Assembly: GCA_051362555.1 (NCBI GenBank)
Contig: CM120641.1
Coordinates: 32,184,401-32,248,400 of the forward strand
Direction of reading: 5' to 3'
Length of the DNA: 64,000 nucleotides
From: Lingula anatina
Lineage: Eukaryota; Animalia; Brachiopoda
The first letter of the stretch is position 1. Each line of letters opens with the position of its first letter. Position numbers and translations under genes: made by a program. The notes beneath the pieces are model-generated. The model did no database searches and had not been told where the DNA came from. It saw nothing but the letters and a program-made list of their open reading frames with translations. Of the stretch, positions 45,332 through 58,646 are shown piece by piece.

Positions 45332-48300
45332 ATGGCATCACGACAAAATAAGCATTATTCTGACCAGGGCCGTTCTGACCCAGAACAGAGGTGTAAGTGT
45401 CAGTGGACAGGTACCAGTAAAGCTAGGAAGAGATGTCCAACATGTGATGGACCAAGGGGTGGATCACACACAACACCTGGTAAGAGAAAGGAGACTGGAC
45501 ACGAAAAAGCCAAAGCCAAAGGAGTCGAAATGTGTCGTGGAAGAAACAAATTAGGTATTATAGTACTAGTAAATATAATCTTGTTAAATCAGCTCAGTTA
45601 TTTAAAATGTGGTAAAACACAAATCACACCTACAGGTTTAATATCAACCATTACATAGAAGCCAGAAAAAAATTCCTGATCTCTGGAACAGGAGTTTTCC
45701 AGATTGCAACAGTTTTGGACTTTGGAATGCTAAGCAGCTAGGTAAATGATAAATGCATTGGATATCTCTTGGATTCACTATTTACCATTATTCACCAAAA
45801 ATTCCTGAATATATGATAATCAATCCATTTTTTTTTTTTTTGACAATTTAAAAATTATTTCTGCTTTTTATTTGTATTACTATCAATAAATAACATATAC
45901 TGTATCATTTCAGGGAGTATGACATGTAAAGATGAATCGACAGCAGGGGCTTCCACATCAAGGGAAGATGATGAATTAGATATCCTTTATAACATGTTTG
46001 TGTAATATTGGTCGAAGATAATACATGTTAAATTATATTTAACATTTTGAGCATACAAGTGTTGTACATTACTCCTCTGCCTGATTTCGAGTCAATACAT
46101 TAAAAAAAAAATTTAGGCTGATTGTAAAATGATGTTATAGTTGCATATTAAATTATTTATTTGATAATAATAGAGCCTTAACTATTGTCACAGATTCCTG
46201 GATTTTATTATGACAGAGAAAAAAAGAAATATTTCCGAATTCTACCTGGGCACAATAACCCAAGAGGCTCAACTACCTCAAGCCTTGTTACAGAGGATGT
46301 TGTGAAACTGAAAGTGGAGGAGCAACAAAAAGAAAAATATCTGAAATTAAGAGAAGAGCGAAGAAAGTCTGACCTACTTCAAACTATCAAAAAACGAGAG
46401 AAGTCAGTTAATTTGGTGACTCTGCTAGATGAAATGAGGACTGGTTTTAGCTCAGATGTCCATTTTCAACGGTCAGTCTTGACCAGTAGTATGTCCAATC
46501 TCAAGTATTGTGGAAAGCAGAAAATTACCCACCAGCCCTCTATGTCCCAGTATGCCTCTTTTGATTCCATTGTAAGCATGGTGCCTAACTATGAAAGAGA
46601 CAAACTACTGTGTGTGTGGTCCAGTAGGTACTCAATGACCATGAGAATTCAGTCTCTGAAGATAGATATCAACCCAAAGGTGACAAAAATGGCGTCCCCT
46701 TGTACAGTGACACCAACAGGTGCTTCTATACAGAGTAGTGCTAAGGTAACAAGTGCTTGCTGGGCGCCACTCTCACGTGAAAATAATAATGATAATCATA
46801 ATAACCAATGTCGCATATTGTACACAACAATAGGACACCTGAACATGGACCATCCCAGCCTTGCTTTGTTCAAAGACTTGGAATTCACTAGTGTTGAAGA
46901 GAGGGCTAGGTTTGTGGACTTTAATCTAGGTTTTAAGGCCCTATGGTGCTGTGCCTGGTGTCAATACACGAAACGGTTTTCTGTTGGCTCGGAAAAATGT
47001 GGATTGTTGGTGGATGTGGAGACAAGGAAACTGTGGGAACTACACAGTAAAAACAATGATATACTGTCACAAACTTTTACTGAGGTTAGTGAGATAACAT
47101 CTGCTTGAAACTGTTGCCTTTGAAAGGATTCATACTTATAACAGATCTTCTATCAAGTCTAAACAGCGAAAAATTGGCACAGAGTTTTGAATATTTTCTA
47201 TTTTTAAACTAAAATAAATTATGTTCAGCATTTGGCAAAAATGGTATGCAAGCGCAAACCTATAACATGCATGACATTTGCTGACCTAATGAAGATCGTT
47301 TATAGCAAAAATAAGGATCTAAATGTAATGACTGTTTTTCAGTATATGAAGGTCTAGCTTTTATGGGCCTGTTAAGATATCGATACATCTTTTAATGACA
47401 TATATATTTTAGAATGGTACACTACTGTACAGTGGCACCAAGAACCCAGGCTGTGTATTATGTCACGACTTGAGGAGTATCTCCACTCGTTATGTGTACT
47501 CTCTGCCACAGGGCAAGGGTGTGTGTTGCCTGAAACTGCTCAAGGATGAGAATTACTTACTTGCTGGAAACTTTCCTGGAAAAGTGAGTTTGGAATATTT
47601 TTCATATCTTCAGAAATGTGATATGAAAGCCACTGTATTCAGCAGAAAATAGCCTTTTGTTTGATGGGAATAGGGATTCACTGATTGTTTAGCACCTCAT
47701 GCTTTTATTAAACAAATGAATTAATGGTATGACTTCTTAAACAGGTTTTCCCTTATTCCAAAGGTAATTAAATACATCAGAAAACATGACCTACATGTAC
47801 CTTGCATTTCAGCTTGCTCTGTGGGACCTAAGGAAGAGACGAGTGGTGCATGAGTACCCAAGACACAAGAACCAGTACTTCAGGCTGCAGTTCTCAGTTG
47901 ATGACAGGGAAAATTTCATCTGTGCAGGTATTTTATTTTGATCAATATTGATGTGTCCATTTTGTGTGAAATGTGATGAAGGAGTAAGATTGGCTCAAAC
48001 TGTTGTTACTGGTAGAATGAAGTATTTGTGGTGTTAATCTGATATGTGTGTGTGTGTGTGTGTGTGTGTGTTCAAGAACCAAGTCTCTTCTTACTAAAAG
48101 ATATGCTTCAGGATTTAAGATTTTATATCTTCAAGTAAAAGTAATTAAAACAAAGAAACAGATACATAATGCAAATGTATCCAATTCCTGTCAATGGTTG
48201 TTTTCTTTTCAAATCTTATTCCAAATGTTCTGTCCTTGTTTCAGTTGGGAGTGACAGCATATCAAGAATTTGGAGTCTTTCTGATGCAAAGTTACTTCAC

Positions 48301-48450
48301 GAGCTCCCCCCTCTGTGTCAGACAGATAATACTGGGTTAACTCCACCTCTGCCACAGTTGTGCTTCTCTGAGAACTGGGCCAAAAACACCAGCTTCCCAG
48401 CACTCTTAATGGGCCTTAAAAATAAAATGCATTTCTACTCTTTGTATTAA
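45332..48450 (+). CDS. DCAF4: DDB1- and CUL4-associated factor 4 (WDR21)-like WD40 protein
   Basis: Confident exons 46194-47084, 47413-47583, 47813-47927, 48245-48450, with family motif IPGFYYDREKKKYFRILPGHNN, WDxR-type motifs (CHDLR, LWDLR) and VGSDSISRIWSL. The 5' exons (45332-45554 and 45914-~46000) are tentative because the donor of the second is unclear. Confidence 0.85.
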
Positions 48451-49692
48451 AACTCTAGGACTAATTCACTCAGCAATTACATGCCAAGGAGACTGTACAT
48501 GTATTACACTGTCCAGTGTTAGGTATTTGTTTGCATCAGTCAATATTTAATGTTTTGTTTTGAGAAGTGCAGTTTTAGCAACTGTTCGTATGTCCGTCTT
48601 TAATATATGTATGCAATCCATTCTGTGGTTACCCATCCATTCTGCAATATGTCTTAAACACAGAAATGTTGTAGATAATTAGAATACATGAATATTAATA
48701 AAACGTTAATTTCAAGTTTTGGTTTAAATAAATATATTATAATATATTATGCATATTGATTCCTGTAGTAAATGGTAAAGATCTAGTAAGGTTAGGCAAA
48801 ATTGAAAAGTTGGTTAATTTACTGGGTTCAGTGCATGAAATTTTTAAATTAAATTTTGTTATTAAACATGATGCTTACTAGGCATATCAGCTTTTTTTAA
48901 AGGTCGGTTGGTTTTTAGGTGAATTTAAAGCATAAAAACATACACATAAGTGTTCCCTGTGGTCAATTGTAAAATTTTCTTACTTTGCAAACCAATGCAT
49001 TTTTCCCATTGAAAAAAAGAAAAAGGCACCCTGTATGCATGAAAAGAATCTAATTTTAAACCAAAATTAAGGTTAGTCATGCTCTTTAACCAACTTATCA
49101 ATTTTATCTAGCCTGACCTAGGAAACCAATGAATGAAAAATAGTACAGCTCGAACTTGTGCATACGTAGATTAGGTTCATTATCGGCTGCATTATAAATG
49201 TTTGGACAATGCATGCCAAGCAGTGCTGTGTTGTCCCTTACCATTTTTACCACCTGCCAGGCCACAGATTGATTTTTTCACTAGATGTTTGAAGATGTGT
49301 TTCTAAAAGCACTTTTCTGTATTAGGAGTCCTGCGATGATTTGCCCATAGAATATTGGTGATGTCACTACACTGGCCTCTGCTAGAAAGTAGAGTTCTTT
49401 CCTTCATCACTTTGAGCATGTGTTGAGGGTATTATTGGGATCATGGAGAGAACTGTTCTGCACCCAGTGACTAAATAATTTGTAATAGTGTTATAATAAT
49501 AGTGTTATTTTTGTTTAAATCTCTTTCCCCTGTACATGTATCTTAGGATTCTTTTTTGCATCCCCACGTTTAATAAATTACCTCTGAAATGCACTTTTGA
49601 CCTATACTGACAACTTGGTCGATTTCTTGAGCAAAACGAAACCAAACTCAAAGGACTTGAACGGAAGAAACCTGAACGGTAGGCAAGCTTTA

Positions 49693-50619
49693 GGGGAGAC
49701 TGGGGCTAGTTGGACCTCGGGGTAAGTTGACCCCCCATCAATTTATGACAAAGTAAGAATTGATCATATCATTTTGTCAATTTCTTGAGTTAAAAATGTA
49801 GCGTTTTGACATGGGAGTGCAAAACCTACAGGAAGTAAGATGGATACTTGTTTTAAAAATATTCACCAAAATTTTCACCATCAAACTTTCAAATAATAAC
49901 AAAATATACATCTCTATGCAAACTATGTGGAAAACAATGGTATGTTGACTGAATATAAAATGGGTCCTTTTCTTCATGGGAGTCCAAATCTCATGGGTAT
50001 AAAAATGAAGATTTTCATGATTTCTTTTTCATTCTTTCACTCACAATTTTATCATCAAACTTTTAAATATCTCCAATATATTTTTCATAAAGTATCCTAA
50101 AAGGAAAAGTGTTGAAATGATCATCAAATATTAAATAGATAGCTTTTTCATTGGGGAAACATTGGGTGATAAAATGCACTTTTTTTAATTTTCTTATTTT
50201 TCATGTTTTTTTTTTTTTTTTTGGTTTTTCACCCAATATTTTACCATCAAACTTTTAAATATTTCCAACATAATCTTCATATAGTAAAAGTCAAGGAAAG
50301 GTGTTGAAATGATCATCAAATATTAAATAGATAGCTTTTTCATAGGGGAGACAGTGGACGGTTATGTGCACATTTTTAATTTTTTTATTTTTTCATGAAA
50401 ATTTTCACCTGCAAACTACAAAAAAAAAGTGCCAATGTATCCTCCATTTTACATACTACAAGATCACAGACATTTGTTCAAAATAAAATAAGATTTATGA
50501 AGTTTTGTGGAGGGGGAGTCAAATTTTCATGGGGGGGAGTCAGATTTTCATTATGAAAATCTGACTGGGGGAGTCAGATTTTCATGGGAGTCAGATTTTC
50601 ATGTTACACCGGTCTCCCC
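49693..50619. mobile_element. Deleted pogo/Tc1-mariner-like element with TA TSD; right TIR interrupted by a Ginger-like end
   Basis: TA|GGGGAGAC...GTCTCCCC|TA. The joined flanks match an uninterrupted paralog at ~59725-59920. Confidence 0.75.
49870..50608. mobile_element. Right part of a Ginger-like element (left end not seen; start approximate)
   Basis: Ends ...ATGTTACA|CCGG, with four subterminal GGGAGTCA(G/A)ATTTTCAT repeats (50512-50602) and ~180-190-bp internal tandem units (CATCAAACTTT at ~49879, ~50053, ~50245). Confidence 0.55.
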
Positions 50620-51563
50620 TAATTTGAATCTTTTTTTCGTAGGTAAAGATGAGAATTGCATCCCAAATTAATATGTGCACAGAATACCTTCAAATGTTGG
50701 CTTGAAATGTAACAACTAAAACACATAAAAGAAGCTTAAACCTAATACTGGGTTATTTCTGTCTGGTTGACGACGTTGCGTCTCCCTCTAGAAGACTTCA
50801 GCCGGTGTACTGAGAGCTCAGATGAAATATTCTCAGTTTTTTTTTGTTCAGGGGTGGATCCAGAGATATTTTCTGACAGACTTCCAAATTATGTTTGTTG
50901 GCTCATCTTCCACTGCCCCATCCCCACGCCCGGACCAGCTCACACACACACACACACACTTGCTGTCTAATTTTTGGGTCACTCTTTCAATTCTCTTTTT
51001 GAAGACGCCTGAACAGTGGAGTCAAATATGGCCCCCTTTGGCATGGGGCCCAGGGCCCGCTAAAGGGCCCCCAAATTTTTGGTATTTAAAGGACGAACGG
51101 TGCCATGTGGTACTGTTTAGAAGTATGAATCAGCTAGTCAAAATTCTTATTTCAAAAGGGGACCATTGGCGTGATTTTTTTTCAGAAATCGATTGGCTTT
51201 CCTGTGCATTTTCGTCTATTGATACGCAGCGCATCGTTGACATATTCGTAGCGCTTCGACCAAAATTACAAGATTTCATAAATATTTTATTGCATGTTAT
51301 ATTTTTATCATTAGCAGCTATCGCAAAAAAAACTTCTCATGCGGGAAATATGTGCAGATCGCAAAAAAAGCTCATGTGAGAGGGCCTCCCTAAAAAGCGT
51401 TACGGAGGTTAGGGGTTACTGAGCAACAACGATTATGATAAAGATATGGCGGTGTTGTAACTAAACGACAAATTCGACAGAGAAGTTCAGAACACCATGT
51501 ATGATGTAAAGAAACATGGATTCAAATTGGTTGAGGACAAAAAATACTAAAAGTAGGGGAAAT

Positions 51564-51620
<57 letters not shown>

Positions 51621-53268
51621 TGGCGAAGCAGCTATAATACTGAAGCGACACGTAGAAATCGTGCTTTTTGCGGCATATATACCCCCGGGGTTGCCGTCAA
51701 AGCGAGTGGTGCAATATAATTTTTTTTATGTAGCACACATGAGGTGCTGCTGCAAAAGGCTAAAAAAGCATAATTGCAGACTCTTTTACTACCGAAAATA
51801 AGCTGCGAATTCAAATATATTACACGGCATACAAATGAACATCCTCCACACTCCCAACTCTAAAGACTGAAGTGGCTGGAAAAAGTGACGGAGTAAGCGC
51901 TCCCCCCCCCCCCTCCCCTCCCTACATCCAACCACCCTGTCGCTTGTTCCTTCAACACTATCGTTTGCCGAATCATACTCTGCGTTTCTCTACAGCGAAA
52001 CAGTTTACGCGGTCTGCAACATTTTAGGGAGAAACGTAGAAACAGATGAAATATAGATTTTGTCATAATGTCTGCAAAGTTTTAAGTCTCAAAACTGAAG
52101 AAATTGATTAGTTTTGAACACTTTTTAATGTTTTTAGTTCATTTAAAAGTGTTCATTATACTCTGCATTTTAGTGGTTCCAAGAGTCCCAAATATTTTTC
52201 TAGCATCTTGATAATTTTCTCTTGCGTGCTCCCCCCCCCCCAACCGTCCTTATCCAAAAAATCGATAATCGTATGGGATTTTTATACAGGCAATTGACCT
52301 ACTTTGGGCCAACGTAGTTATCGGCGCTATTTGACAATTTTATGACTTGGGCGTGAAAACGTGATTCACGTCTGTGATATGAAAGTTATATATATATTGA
52401 TTTGATTAATAAACAGCACATGTCGATCAAATATTTCAAATTTTAGCAGCGTAAGGAGACATTGCTTTTTATGGATAATGAAAAATGTGCACGCGACTCA
52501 AAATCAAGTAAAAACTGTAATTTTACTCTTATATGCAAATTAGATTGCCTTGGGTAATAAACTGGTCTGAAGTGATGTTCATCTCTGTAACGAGGCCGGT
52601 GCAACACAATCTAAATGACGCTGCAAACGAAGTTGTCAGAGGGAGGACTATCAATCATTAGTATTTTGGAACATTTTAAAGAAATTTTGAATTTGTGCTA
52701 TTAAAATCTATTGAATAAAATGCTAAGCGAACCAAAGAAAATGTCTGACTCGAGTTATTTGCTTTTAGTTATTGTACATTCACAAATGTAGACAAATGAA
52801 ATCCGGTGAAACATGGATGTGTTTGCACTGGCCGATACCCCAGCCAACTGATGTCCATTTTCAAGTAGCCTACCTCATTTTCGGCATAATTCTCCCTCAA
52901 AACAAACTGTCCCAAGTAAGGAATATCATTTCAAATAAGTCTTAGGCTATTGTATAAAAATCATTGAGTTCATTATATTTGAGAAACACTGCTCTCTAAA
53001 TTAAGAAAGTGTGCATTGGCATTTTAATTCGAAAAATTCCAATTTTACCCTCACCCCCCCCCCCCCCCACCTTTCTACTGTTACCATTCAAATAAAAACC
53101 GCGCTTTCAACACTCATGGTGTAGTGTGCGTCAAAAGTTTAATTTATTAAAAATGTATATATTTGCGTATATACGTAAATAACATAGTGTAAACAAAATA
53201 TTTTTTTAATCTGGGAGAACAAACATTGCAGATAAGATATCTGAAATTGAAACCAGTAGAAAACATGT

Positions 53269-53341
53269 TCCATCGCCCGGGAAGCGCATCCCGGGCCGCC
53301 CGCGTGCCAATCCCAGCATTCTACCACTGAACCACCGATGC
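53269..53341 (-). pseudogene. tRNA-Gly(GCC)-derived pseudogene
   Basis: Minus strand GCATCGGTGGTTCAGTGGTAGAATGCT-GGGATTGGC-ACGCGGGCGGCCCGGG-ATGCGC-TTCCCGGGCGATGGA matches invertebrate tRNA-Gly(GCC) except in the anticodon arm, T-loop and 3' acceptor strand. TTTT follows a few nt downstream. Confidence 0.85.
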
Positions 53342-53668
53342 GCACATCGTTCAAAGAAATGAGGCCATCCGAAGAAATGAGGCCATCCGTCGGACCTCCT
53401 CCATCATTTTCAATCAACGTCAACGGTGTTGTCAAACTTAGCTCAAAGCCTGGTTCCGGTTGGGCAACACATGGACAAAAGTACGAACACAACCAAAAAT
53501 TTGAAATACCAATCTACATCTCATTTTTGTGGGACGCTACGATTTACATAGGTAAAAATGTATAGAGATATTTTCTGACAGTCTTCCTGACTGCCCCATC
53601 CCCACCCCGCACACACACACGCACATAGCAATTTTATCAGGGCTATTCCAAATCTTTAGGGAGACCGG

Positions 53669-53832
53669 TGTCGCGAAACTGAGAGTCCGTGTGACAGAAA
53701 GTCCGCCCTCCATATAGTAATAATGGTTAGGGTTAGTTTGACCTAAGTGGGTCAAAATCTAGGGCGAGGCTCACCTGTACAAATAAATGGGAAGCGGACT
53801 CTATGTCATGGGGGACCTTCTGGTACATGACA
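53669..53832. mobile_element. Ginger-like MITE (164 bp) inserted in a TIR
   Basis: TGTC...GACA termini with imperfect TIRs, flanked by CCGG / CCTG (4-bp TSD, one mismatch). Removal restores the host TIR GGGAGACCGGGGCTAGT. Confidence 0.65.
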
Positions 53833-54552
53833 CCTGGGCTAGTAGAGCCAACTAGGAATGGATTAGAGTAACAAAACCGGTTTCAAAGTAAGCCCCATGA
53901 ACTAAGCTACGTATGCAACGCCATTATATTTCAAATATAATGCCAGATGGCTCACAATTTGACAAAAAACGCAGTTGACGTCATGGTCGGGGCAAGTTGG
54001 CCCCCCTATACGAAAATGAAGTACACGGTATATATCCCATGTTAACGCCTTGAAATACATTTTTATACATTTTTAATTTATTAAATTGATTTTTGAGAGT
54101 CTTTGATGAATAAATAGTTCAAATAAGGCAGATTTATTGAGGTTTCCGTACAGTACGTCACGTTGTGTGTGTGTGTGTGTGTGTGTGTGGGGGGGGGGGG
54201 TATGTGTTGCAAGAACCAAAAAATCTATCAATAAAATGTTTTGTTTTATTTAGAATAAATTAATAATGTTATAAAGCAGGTTTTAATGAATAAAAACGAA
54301 TAATAAATTTACGTTTTAAAAGAAAGTAACAAATTCAGTTTTAAACCATTGAGTTTGTTTCAACATTGGGAGGGGTGGAAAATCCCCTTGGGGCCACATA
54401 TAACACTATAAATACAATAAAATCACCTTACAATGAATTAAGGCAAAATAAATGTTTTTCTAAGGAAAGTCCAATGGATTGACTTTCTAATACATACAAT
54501 CAACAGAACATTTCTAATATAAATTTTCGAAAAGACACCAGAGAGCAAATAA

Positions 54553-57500
54553 AAACAAGGCAGCAAAGCTGTCAAATGCACAGACAAAAAACAGGAAATA
54601 ACTATGCACAAAATAGGCTACTGTCAATTCTGATGCAAAAGTACATTATGTTAAACTGCAAATTCAACATCAAATTTTAATTATGCTCAACAGGTAATAA
54701 CAATGTAAGTAAAATGTGTAACAAGCATAAGGTTTCAGGCCCATGGGAGTTCAAGTTCACACTTTGAAAATGTATAACTTCCAGAAAAAGAAGCCAATTA
54801 GACTACTTTTCCCACTCAGGCTGCATTTTAGTTCTGTATTTCTTTTTTGAAAGTTTGGCAATCATAAGTAACATGGTTTTCCCATAATGGTCATCATGGC
54901 AGCAGCACCCAAAATTGTGTTTTCTTCTGTTCTGATGCAAAATTACGTAATGGTTAACAGCATAAAGACCGTCAATTTTTAAACATAAAATATACGTATC
55001 ATGGATTTTCAGAAAATGTGACTAGCACAGTTCTTCAAGCATATCTTGTGAAAAATTAAATTTTCACAAAAAAACTGTTTAACTGGCAGTAAGAATTACC
55101 AAACAGACTGCATTGCCTACTGAGGCTGTATTTTAATTGCATGTTTCTTTCCTGTAAGTGTTAAATGTCCAATTTCTTCCATTCTGAGATTCTGAACATA
55201 GTGAATGATTGAATCTCACAAACTGCAATGACATGAGTTTATTTCCATTTTTGAAACTTTATTACACAATACACGATAATAAGTTTACCATTATTTTTAA
55301 AAAATCAACTAACAATTTGTAAAGATGCAGGAAATGTCAAACAAACATTTTTACGTATCTTATTAGTTAACTAATGAAACTGTTAACATGCCTAAGAATT
55401 GAATCTGAGGAAATATGAAAAAACAACATAACTTCTAAAATAATGGCACGATTACGCTGATTTTCAAACTCAACCTGTGTTTTAGCAGCATTGACCACTC
55501 CTCTGAGTTTAATGACAATTGGCCTATCTGTTTTTCTTATATTGTGTTTATAGTGTTGCATATAGCTGAAAAGTGGGAAAAAAGCATAATTACTAAAATA
55601 GTGGCCTGATCATGCCACTTTTCGAACTTGACCTCAATTTAGTAAGATCGATTACCCCAGTGAGTTTCATGACAACAGGCCTATCAGTTTCCCTTGAAAT
55701 GTGTTTACAGTGTTGCATATATGCTGAAAAGTGAAAACAACTTGAAAATACCAGTTTGAAAAATTAAAAATTAAAGAAAAAATTACAAAAATATTCCACT
55801 AAAGCTGCCATTCAGTCTAGCTGCATAACCATGATATGAATCATCCAACTTGAGTTTAAACAGTGTAAACAACTCACAGAAATATAATATATTTTGTTTT
55901 ACCACAAAAAGGGCAGTCATAACTATTATTCTGATATCTGAACTTGTCATCAGACCATGTGACCTCCATAGATGGCTATACTTTGTAATAATTTCTTAAG
56001 AGATTATAACAAAAAAAAAAAAAACTTTTTAGAAAAAAAAAATTAATTATTTGCCAAAAAGAACAGTCAAGTTGCAAATATTGCACAACAGGTAGTATCA
56101 ATAAAAGTTAAATGTTACATGTCCTTGGGAGTTATAAGTCCCACAATGAAAATTCCAGTATGTGAAAGATAAAATTTCACAAATTGTACAACGGAATAAC
56201 ATGGTCAATAAGATTACAGTTTCAGGACCATATGTGAGAGTTCAAATTCACATAATCAAAATCCCAATATGTGAAAAAAGATGACAGTGCATAAAATAAT
56301 ATAATTACACAATGTTTGAAGACATAAAAACCAACACAACTCCTTATGTGGAAAAACAGAAAATGCACAGTGCTTCTGGTGGATGGGAGTTGAAAGTGAT
56401 ATCTTGAAGATGCTAGTGTTTGATAAATAATTTTTAAAAAAATGTAAAATAAAACATAACAAAAAATTCCAATAAAGCTGCTATTCAAACTTTAAATCTT
56501 GCTGTGTAATTACTAGCATGACTAACATTTACCTGCACAATAATCACTGATTCCTAATTATGTGACACAGTTAAGAGAGATATACCCAGGGGACTTAACA
56601 ATGAAATCTCATCGTGTGTTTTATGTAATCTCATTTAATGGCCACTTGAAAATTAATTAAGCAAATTACTTTACGACCCTGAATTAATATACTGCCATAT
56701 ACATTTATTGCACCATAGTTCACTCTATAGAACTGCATTGCTTCCAAAACAGAAAACAATCACACTGGTTTTCCAACACAAGCTACACTTCAGTCTTATG
56801 AAACTTTTTAGTAAATTTGAGTATCATAAGTAACATGGTTTTCCCTTAATCGCTATCCTGGCAGCAGTGTCCAAAATACGGGTTTCTTCAACTTTCATGC
56901 AATATAACACAATACTTAACAGCATAATGACCATCAATTTTTTATAAAAAAAATTAAAGTATCATGGATATTCAGAAAATGTGATATGGGAAGGTCTTCA
57001 AGACCATGGAAGTTCAGAATCACACATTCAAAATGCCAAAATGTAAACAAGAGATAACTGTACTGAAATGATTTTCTTTCCATTTTCAACACCTTTTTAC
57101 ATAAAACAAAATAATCAATTTACTGTCATTTTTAAATGATCTAGAAAAATTGTTGACATAGGAAAAATATCAATAGAACAATTTTAAATGTCCAATTTGT
57201 TCCATTCACAGATTCTGAACATAGTGAATGATTGGATCTGACAAACTGCAATGATGAGTTCCTTTCCATTTATGATACTTTATTACACAATGCACGATAA
57301 CAGGTTTACCGTCATTTTTATATAATCAACTAACAATATTGTTAAGAACCAGAAAATGTCAAAACAACACTTTTATATATCTAATTAGTTACATAATGAG
57401 ACTGTTAACATGCCTAAGAATTAAATCTGAAGAAAAAACACTTATATACAAAAAGGCTAATAACTTCATCAAAACTTAACTGCTCAAGTTTATTTTCAAA

Positions 57501-58646
57501 CTTGATCTGTATACTAGTTAGACTAATCAATGCTGTGAGTTGCAAGACAAAAGGCTGATTGGTTTTCCTTAAAATGTGTTATCAGTGTTGCTGAATAACG
57601 GAAAAAACAGCATAACTGTTGTAAATATAGTCCAATCAAGCCAATTTTCGAACTTGAACTGCGTATTATGAATATTCATCAGTTTCAATCCAAAGGGAAA
57701 AACATTTTTACACTGATCTTGTTTTCCGTGTTATAAAAATGCTGAAAATTTTGAAAAAAAAACATCATAACTTCCCTAAAATTGGCCAGATCATGCTGAT
57801 TTTCAAACCTGACCTGAGTATTATGAATATTCATCAGTTCTGTAAGTTTCAAGCCAAAAGGTAAAATGGTTTTCCATTTTAGTGTTATCGGTGCTGCATA
57901 TATGCTGAAAAAAAGAGAAAAAAATAGCCTAAATTCACTAAAAATGACCCAATCACCCTGATTTTCAAACTTGTCCTGCGTATTATGAATATTCACCAGT
58001 TCTGTTAGTTTCAAGCCAAAAGGTAAAATGGTTTTCCACTTATCGTGTTATCGGTGCTGCATATATGCTGAAAAAAGTGAAAAAACAGCATAAATTCCCT
58101 ATAAGTGACCCGATCATGCTGATTTTCGAACTTGACCTGAGTATTATGAATATTCATCAGTTCTGTAAGTTTCAAGCCAAAGGGTAAAACAGCTTTTCAT
58201 TTATTGTGTTATCGGTGTTGCAAAAATGCTGAAAAAAAGTGAAAAAATAGCCTAAATTCACTCAAAATGACCCAATCATGCTGATTTTCAAACTTGACCT
58301 GCGTATTATGAATATTCATCAGTTCTGTAAGTTTCAAGCCAAAAGGTAAAATGGTTTTCCATTTATGGTGTTATCGGTGCTGCATAGGCTATATGCTGAA
58401 AAAAGTGAAAAAACAGCATAAATTCCCTATAAGTGACCCGATCATGCTGATTTTCGAACTTGACCTGCGTATTATGAATATTTATCAGTTCTGTAAGTTT
58501 CAAGCCAAAAGACAAAACAGTTTTCCACTTATCGTGTTATCGGTAAAAGTGCACGGCAACGACGGCAACGACGGCGACGACGGCGACGGCGACGACAGAC
58601 GCAGATGACGGCTATATGTACAGACACATCTGTGTCTGTACATAAA
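54553..58646 (-). mobile_element. Non-autonomous Helentron-type element (HINE / DINE-1 / pearl-like), ~4.1 kb
   Basis: Perfect 14-bp palindrome TATGTACAGACACA-TC-TGTGTCTGTACATA (58615-58644) next to a (GAC/GGC)n microsatellite (58553-58600); ~160-bp core tandem repeats. At the other end, a matching subTIR ATGCACAGACA (54576-54586) and stem-loop GGCAGC-AAA-GCTGTC (54559-54573). Inserted in an A/T run. Confidence 0.75.
57590..58545. repeat. ~160-bp satellite-like tandem array (~6 well-conserved units)
   Basis: TTTTC(G/A)AAC(T/C)TG..CTG.GTATTATGAATATT recurs at ~57645, 57800, 57962, 58123, 58285 and 58451; degenerate units at ~55460, ~55619 and ~57493. Confidence 0.92.

Noticed and set aside
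50822-51379. 185-aa ORF
   Set aside because: Spans a CA microsatellite and repeat fragments; no protein-like motifs or splice support.
57590-58608. Regular repeats as a CRISPR array, and the ORFs within them
   Set aside because: Eukaryotic context, whole units are repeated with no unique spacers, no cas genes; the ORFs are repeat artefacts.
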